Below, one piece after another: positions 1-9,861 of a stretch of DNA of 64,000 bases (position 1 is its first letter; each line of letters begins with the position of its first letter). A program made the position numbers and the translations under genes. The DNA is taken from positions 5,305,994-5,369,993 of the forward strand of contig CAJINV010000001.1 in the NCBI GenBank assembly GCA_905178155.1. Direction: 5' to 3'. The notes under the pieces were generated by a model, which was not told where the DNA came from, did no database searches, and was given only the letters and a program-made list of their open reading frames with translations. Origin of the DNA: Amoebophrya sp. A120. Its lineage: Eukaryota > Protista > Dinoflagellata.

Positions 1-148
1 GCCGTCCCTTTTGCGGCCGTGACAGAACCAGATTGGTTTTTTTTGATGTCGTACGGTTTTGAGCGTCCAATACATTGCTACCCGAAGACTCGATTGCTTT
101 TCGGGCAGAAGGTGGTTTTTCAGGCAAAAAATCTCATCATCAATTTCA

Positions 149-1380
149 TCACGATCTGGAAACATCCTTCAAAACCCTCTGGAAGTAGCGGAGTCGTTGT
201 TTACATGAACCGGCTGTCCACACTTTCGTGATCCCCCCCTTCTCCGCCCATCGCAACCCTCTTCTTGCGATCCTTCTCCGCGTCCATTAGCTCCCTGTGA
301 TAGTAGTGGTGATGTGGGTTATTTCCAAAAAATCCAGTTCATGTCGTTTTAATTCACCAATGAAGCAGAAGCATGTCGCTGTTCTGAATGAACGAACGAA
401 GAGATGCTACCGTAGTAGTACACAACAAAAACTCTCTACTACTCAACATGATCAAAAAAACATCTATACATGACGTAGAGGATGATAATTCCAACGGCCA
501 CGACCCCGAGCAAGCACTCGGCGTAAAACCAGAGATCGGTGCCCTCTTCCTCCACGGCCGCGGCAGTTGTGGAGGTGGTTTCTGTCGTTTTTGTGCCATT
601 GGTTGAATTCGTTGTATTTGTCGCGTCCTCGTCCGCGTCCTCGTCGTCTCCTAAGAAACCCGTTTGCAGCCCACTGCTTCGCTTCCGCGTCGTGGTTCTC
701 AGCGCATGTTGACCCCTTGTTTCAACCTCTGCTCTGCTCAAGTGACTTGTGGCTACAATCGGTCGGCGCGAAGAAGCATAGTTTTTTCGGTCGTGGAAGG
801 AAGAGCCCTGGGTACTAGAGGTTCTTGTTGGGTCTAGGTCGGACGACTGCGGTTCAACAGCCATAAGTTTTAACAGGGTGCCGTCCAGGGATTGCTGCTG
901 TTCGCCTTGTGCAGATTTTGCTGTTGAGGCTTTTCCGTTTTTTCCAAGCGCCGACGGTGCTGGTGACATCAATCTAGAGGAAGTACTATTCTCGCGATTG
1001 TGCAGTCCTTGTAGACCGGGATTGCTCGGTTGATGTTCTGCGGTCGCGGAAGCCAGACCTCGCCGCACAGCTTTTCTCGGGTGGTCGGCCCGCGCGGATT
1101 TTCGAACGGACACGGAGTCGTCGTTACTGGGCTGGGTTTCACGAAGGCCGCCGCTCCTGATTCGCAGCTTGGCCTCCCCTCCAGAAGCAGAAGCCGTTGC
1201 ATCTACGAGCTCATCTTGTGTTGCCACCTCCCCGGCGGCATCGAGCGAGGCAGCATCAGCAGTCCGCCTTTCTGGTTTCCGAAGCAATGCGAAGTCGGTG
1301 TCGAGCCCGGAAGCACACGGGGTCCAGAAAGCAGATGTCACCATTGAAGCGACGAAGAAGCTTGCATAGCGCGTCACCAT
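149..1380 (-). CDS. Hypothetical type-I membrane protein (signal peptide, S/T-rich ectodomain, one TM helix); model join(1380..443, 294..149)
   Basis: ORF 439..1404 has a hydrophobic N-terminus from ATG 1380 and a TM segment LWFYAECLLGVVAVGIIILYVMY. A GT-AG intron 442..295 extends it in frame (..DHVE|ELMDAEKDRKKRVAMGG..). The 3' end is uncertain. Confidence 0.55.
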
Positions 1381-2225
1381 GCAGAGGTTTTGGGCAAGAA
1401 ACACAAAACGCGATGGCCACGAGAAGGTTTTACCGCGTTGCGCAGTAGCATCGTGTTTTTGACGGAATTCTTAGCTTTGCAGATGAGTTTCGGTATTCAA
1501 TCATCGTTTTCGTCGTACAAATCCAACTAGTATTCTTTGGTCCGATAATTGCAGTAATTCTACAAACCAGCTCTTTTTTTCGTTCTCTTGAGTACCAAAA
1601 GTACCTACGCGATCTGAATCACAGAGCGTGCGAGACGAAGCGCTCTAACGAATTTGAAACGACTGCAGCGACATCAAAACCTCATCGAGATGCGATTCCA
1701 AAAACGATTGCGATCTGCGAACCCCAGTGTGTGGTCAGATATGAAAGTTCCATGCGTACGTACCTATCAAGCTCCGAGACTTTTCGTCCTTCTCGGAGGA
1801 GCACCACCCCCACCCCGTTCGTCCCTTTACTAACCCCAGCTACACAACAAACACAACTCCTGCTTGCAAATAAATTTGAAGCCACAAATTTGAAATTGCA
1901 ACACATCGTTGAAGACACGATGATTGCAATCGAATCTTCGTTCTCGCGTCGACAGTAGAGGTTGTACAAGCAGCCCTTTCAGCTTTTTTCGAAGTTAATA
2001 AACCAACCTTCAATAATTCAATTCTTTAAAAATTCATCTCCAGCACTGTTTCTTGCAACGGGGGTTCATCTCCGGATCTCGTTTTCAATAGCCCTTAGTG
2101 TATTTGTACTTAGTTCTACTCACGTCGGGGTTGCGGTGTAGTGCACAAGGTGGATTATTTTCGGTTCGCACGCTACCACGCTAAATACATTTTTGCTTTT
2201 CCGTGATCGACACCCGGTGCCTCCT

Positions 2226-2932
2226 TTACGCCTGCACCGAGAGGGACTTGAACAAGAGCACCGTCTCGCGTGTGTTCGCAATGTCGAAGAAGCAGACGTG
2301 ACCTACGTTTTGTTTTCCAGTTCCAATCACATCAGCGCCTGTCATGCTTCACTTTCATCTTCTACGTAAACAAAGTAAAGGACACAGTTTTTGATTTTTA
2401 TTTGATAGTCGCACTGCCATGGCAGGAAAAGAAACGCAAAAACAAGCTATCAGCAATTATACTAGCTTCATGCGTGATCGCGGCGGCGAAGCTCTTTCCG
2501 ACGACGGTTTGCCATGGTCCTTTCCCAGGCAATTCGTTGAAATCTTGATCCTCCCCGATCTTCGTCTTGATGTAGTTCCTGATAGTCAATAGTGCCAATC
2601 CGAGTTTTGAAAATTTTTCTCCCGAGATGAAACCAAGTCTCATGCAATTTGCGACAACATTGCCACTTTCCCTGACGACGATGAAATTCGTCCCTATACA
2701 TCACTCATGCGTAACAGCAGAAGGAACGACGGAAGTAAAGTGCAGCGAAAATAAGCAAAAATCAATACGCGATATCCTTCTCCATCTTGTGTTTTTCGAG
2801 GGCCTCCTTGAGAACGATCCGCACCTTGTCCCACAAATGATCTGGCAAGTCGTTCTGGCGAATGCGGCACTCCGGCACTCCCGCCATGGCGGCGGCGTGC
2901 GGGTCCACGACTTGCTCTTCCTCGTCGGACAT
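2226..2932 (-). CDS. Dynein light chain (LC8/type 1 family), 118 aa; join(2932..2769, 2578..2463, 2302..2226)
   Basis: Two GT-AG introns give MSDEEEQ..ALEKHKMEKDIANYIKTKI..GPWQTVVGKSFAAAITHEASHVCFFDI..VLLFKS, which carries the EKDIA.YIK, WxxVVGKSF and LLFKS motifs of the family. Exon lengths sum to 357 nt. Confidence 0.88.
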
Positions 2933-3444
2933 GTTGGTTGTGCTAGTTTCTTCGAGAAAAAACTAGAAGCGGTTCGTTCAACCTGTTGCCTCTAGTACTG
3001 AAAGGAAACAGAGCGGCTTGGTTTCAGAAAAATTAACACGCGTTAGTTCAAATTGGCACTTCAATAAAAAAGTTTTCGCGACCCATCTTTACGTGAGAAC
3101 GACCAACGACGAGCAAAAACAAAGATCAACTCAGCTCCTCTCATTGCTTCCTTGGCGCCTCGTACTTACTGCTGCTGTGCAGGTGCCTCACACTCTCAAC
3201 TAGTACTCTCGCTCATTATCTGTAAGCTTTAGCAAGCAAGAACGGAACAATAAATCTTGCGGCTCTGAATTCAATCAAATAGGACGAAGGACAAGCTCTC
3301 CCAGTTCTCTTGTTGAAGTTGAAAATTATCGTCCGGGTCACAATAATAAATTGTCGGCTTTGATGTTTGTCGCGAATGAATGCAGTGAAAGCACCACTTT
3401 TTTTGCTAGAAAAGTTATCTGATACAACATCATTCATTATCATT

Positions 3445-5347
3445 TCATAGCAGTGCACCAGGTCCGAAAACGACCTTCAAGTGCTCGTCGCGCAGGTTCT
3501 TCATCGCGATGGCATCTGGGGACCCACCATCTTTATAAAAGGCAAAGGTGTCTGGGTCTGGAAGAGTCATGCTGTTTCTGCATGACACAGGAGGTCTGCC
3601 ATGGAAGCTCTAGCATCACAGGTTTCGAGAAGCTTCCGCAATGCCGAACCCGCATGACAAATCCCCCATTTTGGTGACAGAAAGTGAGCAGCTTTTGCTA
3701 CCTATGCATGAGAGATTTTTGTGTGTTCCGAAATGCGCATCACAGGTTACATCCCTCCAGATCCAGACACTTTTGCATTTGATAATCTTGCTCCTCCAAC
3801 CATTTCGCGATGCAGCACAACACCTGGCAACTGTGGAAGCTGTATGGCTCCCGCCCCAGCACAACGTCCAGTGCACGTGACGCGGTGTTCACGGCCTCGT
3901 CGGCGAACCCTTCGGCATACAACGTTTTCGCGAAGTCCAAAAACACAAAGTAGCCCGCCGGGTCAGAAAACTTCTGAGGCGTTTCCTCTTCTTCTTCCGC
4001 ATCTCCATGAAGATGATCTCCGTCTGACTTAGTTCCGTCGTGTTCATCGTCGCTGGTACTTGACTGCTCCTTCAAAAGCGGTCCTTTAGAAGAAGTAGAC
4101 AATTTCTCCGGGCTCGAACAAGTCGTGGAAGAGCCGGGGCTAGCTGCGGAGGTTTCGTCTGAAAATTTTGCAGCCTGCTGCTGCTCCGCGGCGACGCAGC
4201 ACGAGCTTTGTTTTTCTTTTACTTCTTCCATATCCTGCAGTTCCGCCATGACCCCGAGCAGGCCGAAGCAGCTCTGGATTTTCTCGTAGTGGTCGTCGCC
4301 GCACGGGGCGGAAAGTTCCGTGTACGCCGCCTGAAACTCCTCCGCCTTCGGATGATCCAAAGCATCCGGTTTGCAACCGCTTTTGCGCAGCCGGTGCTGC
4401 GTCACTTCGATCTCCTGGCGCTTCTTGAAGTGACTACTGAGGTCGAGGTAGTTGTCCAGAATTTCTTCGCCCCTCCCAACTTTGCGAATCAAACGGTACT
4501 CTACGATGACCTTCTCGAGGAGCTCGGGCTGATCATGTGGCGGATCCTCAGAAGTTCTGCTTTCAGTTTTACCGGTGCTGGAAATTATCTTGCAGAAGCT
4601 GCGGGCCACATTCGGGGCCGTGAAGTTATGATTGATCAACGACGCGGTCGGCCACAGTCCTAGCACCGGTTCCGCTTCATCTCCGGTCTCTTCTTCACGC
4701 GACGCTTCAACATCACCGGTTCTTGCACTAGAGAGGCTGGTACTTCTACGAGAGGACGCTTCATCACCACTCCAGAAACTCTTGACCTGTTCAAGCGAAA
4801 GTTGGTGGTCCAGATATGCTGTCAGAGAGGTTGAATTTTCACCGTCAGAGGTCGGATTTATCTGCGAAGATCCACTTTTCTGTTTCTCCTCGATGGCTTC
4901 GATCTCTCGCGCGAATCTGCCAGCGCCGTTCCGCCATCTGCGTTTGTCGATTTCGCCACTCGAAATGCTGAGCAAATTGTCGGCCTGATGCCAGTTGTGG
5001 CTAATTTTTTCCTGGTGCCGGCCCTTCCCGACCGGGTGCAACGCCTCAAGCAAGGGACGCTTTTGCGAAATGACATCACCACCTTCACCAGTCCTTGCAC
5101 TGTCGCTCGAAGCAGGAGTAGTAGTAGAAGACGCGACTCGGTTCATGCTCTGCACCAGCTTTTCGTAGCTGGTCGCGTGTAGGAGCGTTGTTTCCGCAAG
5201 GACTAACGTTCCCACCTGCAGTTCCTGTTGCCCTTCGAGAAGATCTCGCTTGACAAACACTCCGCGCCCGCCGTCCTTGTCCAGCACATTGTCCCGCAGC
5301 TCCACTGCTGGGTGGAGCCAAAACCCGTCGTAGCTACCGGCAGGCAT
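3445..5347 (-). CDS. SET-domain (SMYD-like) lysine methyltransferase, about 548 aa; join(5347..3785, 3528..3445)
   Basis: Motifs GRGVFVKRDL..GTLVLAE, GLWPTASLINH..PN and GEEILDNY. Removing the 3534-3784 element plus one TSD continues the frame (..EEQD|GGSPDAIAMKNLRDEHLKVVFGPGALL*). Confidence 0.8.
3534..3784. mobile_element. MITE-like introner, family A copy 1 (251 bp)
   Basis: 29-bp TIR with 4 mismatches (3534-3562 / 3756-3784). 5-bp direct repeat ATCTT at 3529-3533 and 3785-3789. Similar to the copies at 12491 and 13466. Confidence 0.9.
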
Positions 5348-5892
5348 GACTAGTCTTAAGCAAGTGATGCTGCTTCTGCACTTCGGTACGAAGAAATAAA
5401 TCTAGTTTTGAACGGGTAACAGGTCTTCAGAAGGTTTTTTGAATCTAGATCTACTTCCTTTTACCAAGTACTGTCCCTGCTGTTTATTTTCAATAGCAAT
5501 ACAGAAACTAGATCGGAATCGGCAAAGCAAAAGCTGAAAATCCAAATCGCCATGTTCTGCTCGTCCAAAAATTCTTGCATCCGAAAAGTGAACCTCGTGC
5601 TCGTCCTTCTCCTTATCGTCGTTCGGATCAAGATAAACCGTCTCTTCAGGTACGAGATCGGGATCGCATCGAGAGATTTTTTTCTGTACTTTGCGTATGT
5701 TTCTCTAGTTTAAATATCTGATCGACACTTGCTGAAAATCGTAATCGGGGTGATCAGTAACGGTTGATCGTGTCTGTGACAACAAATAAGATCGGAAACA
5801 GGCGCATTTCTTTTCGAGCATTATTGCAGTTATTCCTTTTCCTGGAGTATTGCGTCGGATGCAGTGGCTAAGTAGTACCTATCTCCTTTGTG

Positions 5893-6908
5893 TCACGTCG
5901 TGTGTGGCTGTTTCTGTGGGAGCATTTTTTCTCCGACTGCTAGAGTTATCGTCAAAACACTGACGTTCAAGGCGATCACTACTGCCACGCGTATTATGCA
6001 ACTCACCTCGTCCAGGCGCGCCGTTGGGAGCACTAGCAACGCCTCGAGCATCCCGAGAAAGAGCTCCACCAGTAGCACCTGATGAGTGTGTTGATTCGGT
6101 TGAGTGTCAAAAATACAGGCGCAGGGCAGAAAGTAAAAAGGGGACACAACTTTATCAACCGACCTAGGCACGATGAACACGAACTGAATAAGTAAACTAA
6201 CTCCGGATGTTGAACAAACCAAGTTTAAATGAACTAGCAATAGCAACATGTTCATAGAACATCGCGAAGATCCTCATCATTTTACTAGTAAAATCTCAGC
6301 AAAGCTACGAAGCCAATACTCCTATCGTGACGCCGTTCAGCGCCTCGTCGAGTCGGAGGACGTAACTCTGGTTTTGCATCCAGTAGCCGTGGAACATCAG
6401 CATCGGCATGGTCAAGGCACCGAACGCGAGCAAGTAGTTGTTTCTCTTCATGGCGTTTTCGAAACTGAAAGCGCTGTTCGCGAAAAAGTACCGCGCTGCC
6501 TGCACGGGGAGGTACAGAAAAAGCAGAAACACCTCGGCCTCCACCCGGCCCGCTGGGTAGTCGAGCACCGCTTTTTTGTACAGCAGGAGTGTCAGTGTGG
6601 TGAAAAAGAAAAAGTAGCAAAAATAGCTGTTGCAGTACAGTAACAAGTGAAACTGGGCGAGGCATGCGACCGGCTTCGTTCCAGGAGACGTCGCCGTGTC
6701 GGCCGCACATGCAATCACGTCCGCATTCTTGCTGGACGCACTCATGGCTTCAGGTTCAGCGTCCTCGAAGTCGTCCGACTATAAAAACAGGTGACAGTCT
6801 ACTTCTCTTTGCGGCCGCCTATTCATCCACGTCGCCCTGATGAGAGCACGTGTCCGGACCAATAACGAAGGAAGAGCGAAGAAAAACGCCTGGATCGAGG
6901 CTGAGCAT
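5893..6908 (-). CDS. TMEM216/TMEM17/TMEM80-family ciliary transition-zone membrane protein
   Basis: Family pattern LLYCNSYF..LLYK..DYP..E..L..R..QSYVLRLD. GT-AG intron 6319..6079 joins ..VTIG|VLLVELFLGML.. in frame. The short first exon from ATG 6908 is tentative; ATG 6745 is an alternative start. Confidence 0.75.
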
Positions 6909-7598
6909 GATGATGATTGTGTAATTTTTTGAAAATTATTTCGGAAAAGTAGAAGCCTTCAAGCTCAGGACTGGTTTATACTTTATAGTAATTGGATTGT
7001 CATTAGTGGACCCCAAAGCTCTCATTCACTCCAGCGCAATTCAATTGTAATCTCTCAAACACATGACAGCTTTTGTGGGAATAGAAGCAACCGGGATTAG
7101 TGCACAAAAGAGAACATCAAGCTACACCAGCAGATCAATGGAGAGAAATACCCGGTCTGCGTCGATCCTGCGTGGGCACAAACGGCCTCATCTTTACCCG
7201 TAGACGTAGTATTCGAAAATACTCAAAAAAAAAATGGGGAAAAAAGACGTTCATTCATTCGTCGAATTTGAATCGCCCACCCTTGTCCACGACCAAGAAT
7301 TGTAGTGAAAAGTTTTCTGTCTACGTTTCCCGATCGCACTCCTTCACCTCCGAAACCACTCTCATGTAGATGAATAGAAGGAACTTTACATCGGATAGAT
7401 TCATTTTCATTTTTTCGAAGCAAACTTACCTCCTGAAAAATTACTTTGAAACAACAGGTGCATATGCTTTCTTTCCAAATCCTCCAACACCAACATTGGA
7501 GTATACTACATGAAACGGTGTAGTGGTCGCATTTACAACGAACAAGATTCTCATCCTCCTGCGCTCGATAGGTGCATATTACCTCCCTTCGTCACCCT

Positions 7599-9278
7599 TT
7601 ACACGTCCGCTGCCGCTGCGGCAACCACGCCCCGCTGGCCCGCATTTCGCTGTTCCTCACTGAGCAACTTCTGTGCGTCGGTGGTGACCGATGGACTACT
7701 CTCGTTTTCTTCTTCATCCAACATGTTGTTCCCTTTTCCTGGAATAATTTTTGGTGACAGCGTACTACCAATGGCAGAAGTACAACTACTCGTAGCTGTT
7801 GTAACAACATCGACTTCTGGTGTTCTCCTCGTTGTATCAATATGTCCTACTTCCACCGCGTTCTTGATCTTTTCCAGGATCGGCCAGGCTGGCCCGTCGC
7901 CCGCAAACACGACGTCGAAAGCCGCCTCGTACTGCGCCCGGAGCTCGTCCTCGTTGTAGTTCAACAAACCAAACTTCCAGCGCTTCACGAACTGCGGCGC
8001 GTCGCCCATCTGTGCGTCGCCTAGCGAGTCCCCGATGGAAATCGCGGTGTTCCTCTGCCCGATGGCGGCCCAAACCGCTTCGGGTACGGCCGGGTTCCTC
8101 TCACCGCTCTTCCAGAGTTGTTTGTTGTACATGTGCAGCAGAGGCGGCTTCACGGCTTTCAGCAACCCGCCGCGCGGGTTTGTTGTTCTTTCTGCTGTAT
8201 CGAACTCGAACTGGTTGCTCCAGATTACGTAGTCCGACCTCGCAATCCCGTTCTGCGACAACACTTCCTCGATGATGTTTCCGTAGCCCGCGGAGATGAT
8301 GACCAAGGGGATTTGTTTTTCCTTCAAAATCTTGATGAGCTCCGGCATCCCCGGGCGAATCTGCACCTTGTCCAAATTGTCCTGCACGATGCTGGGCAGG
8401 TCGCCTTCGCGAAAGTTGATCTGTTCGGCTATCTCCACGGTCGCGTCAATCGTTTTTTCGTACCACTCGATCATAAACGGGGTTTTCACCTCCTTGCTCA
8501 TGCTTGCGTCGTTCTCGATCGCGAAGTAGTGGTTGTGCGTCTTCAGGGCTGCGTCGTGGTACGAAGGGGGTAGTCGCGACCAGTGCTCGACCAGCTGGAC
8601 CGCGGTGAGGCCCTTTTGCTTCTCCAGCTGGCCGGTTTTGGGGTTTTGGACCGTGACAAACCGTGTACTTATCGTGGCGTCATAGTCACAGAAAACGACC
8701 ACATCCTTTGGGTCGATTTTGCCAAGATTGGGAGCACTATTTGGAAGCGCAGATGAAACTGGCTGTTTGCTCGGCGTAGTTATTTCATGCTGATCTTGCC
8801 TCGTCTCGCTGCTATCTGTAGTTCCATCCCGCTGCTGGGGGCTGTGGCCGACAAAACCAGCTGAGCCGGCTTGCTGTTTCTCCTCGCGGCCCATTGTATT
8901 TTTCTTTTTGCTGAACGAATCAGTTACTAGAGCAACTGCTTCCAAATCTGATAAAGAGGGTGTAATGGTATCTAGGTTTGTAGTATCTAGAGTCTCAGTA
9001 GCAGCTGTTGCTGCTTGCGCTGCACCGATAGGTTGCTGGTGCTTGCTTCTCAAAAAAGAGGTGGCTGGCGAGGGTTCTTGCTCTGATGTGGGGGATAATT
9101 TTACAAGTGGACCTGGTTCTGACGAAAATGAATTTAAGGCTTCTTCTAGGGTTGTGTGTTCTGGCAACTTCTTCTCTCGTTCCTCCAGACGGATACCAAT
9201 TACCGTGGAAGCTATGAAGACAGTGCAGAACTTAAGCAGCGCGACGTTATGGAGCAACGCGCGCACTACGGAATACAC
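7599..9278 (-). CDS. Pyrimidine/7-methyl-GMP 5'-nucleotidase (cN-III, UMPH-1, HAD family) with long N-terminal extension
   Basis: HAD motifs DYDATIS, IISAGYGNIIEEVL, WSNQFEFD and IGDSLGDAQM, plus MIEWY typical of cN-III. True start unresolved (ORF begins at GTG). Confidence 0.85.
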   Translation of the reverse strand: MYSVVRALLHNVALLKFCTVFIASTVIGIRLEEREKKLPEHTTLEEALNSFSSEPGPLVKLSPTSEQEPSPATSFLRSKHQQPIGAAQAATAATETLDTTNLDTITPSLSDLEAVALVTDSFSKKKNTMGREEKQQAGSAGFVGHSPQQRDGTTDSSETRQDQHEITTPSKQPVSSALPNSAPNLGKIDPKDVVVFCDYDATISTRFVTVQNPKTGQLEKQKGLTAVQLVEHWSRLPPSYHDAALKTHNHYFAIENDASMSKEVKTPFMIEWYEKTIDATVEIAEQINFREGDLPSIVQDNLDKVQIRPGMPELIKILKEKQIPLVIISAGYGNIIEEVLSQNGIARSDYVIWSNQFEFDTAERTTNPRGGLLKAVKPPLLHMYNKQLWKSGERNPAVPEAVWAAIGQRNTAISIGDSLGDAQMGDAPQFVKRWKFGLLNYNEDELRAQYEAAFDVVFAGDGPAWPILEKIKNAVEVGHIDTTRRTPEVDVVTTATSSCTSAIGSTLSPKIIPGKGNNMLDEEENESSPSVTTDAQKLLSEEQRNAGQRGVVAAAAADV

Positions 9279-9861
9279 GTATGGTGGAAATAAATGTGTT
9301 GAGTTTGCTTTTTTGTGATTGTGCTTCTCTATGTCTCATGGTGCGCAAATTCTTTTTAGACTGACACACCGTGTAGTAGTCTGATTAGAATGGTTGCGAT
9401 TGTAGTTGTAAATCCTAGCGCTTTTTGGCTCTGATTAACCCCCTGTTTGCATTTATTTTCCTCGTAAAATGGTGTCAACATCCCATTAGTATATAGATCG
9501 GACCAAACATGAGTAACCAAGCAGCAATTCCATATTTCCAGCCCCAGATCGATTTGCAGATCCGCTATTTCTTTCTGCTTTATCTTGTGCAAAAAATTTT
9601 AGATCGACACACTCTCATCATGAAAAAAAACGCAGTGACCGATCGAAAATTGTATTTGAGGTTTGCATGTAGTATATCATCGAACATGATAGCTCTGTTG
9701 ATCTTCCCACAAAATTCCATTTTCTCACTCGGAATTTTTTGTACTGCGAATCACGTGTAAGCATTTATCACGAAGTAGAAAATTCTGCTCTTCGCAGCTC
9801 ACCATGCATGCCAATTTGTATGTTGAAGAATCCGTGGCAGAACTTCTTTGATCGAGTGATG

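Noticed and set aside
5400-5690. Startless minus-strand open frame (DPDLVPEETVYLDPNDDKEKDEHEVHF..)
   Set aside because: Looks coding-like, but no start or convincing splice link to either neighbouring gene was found.
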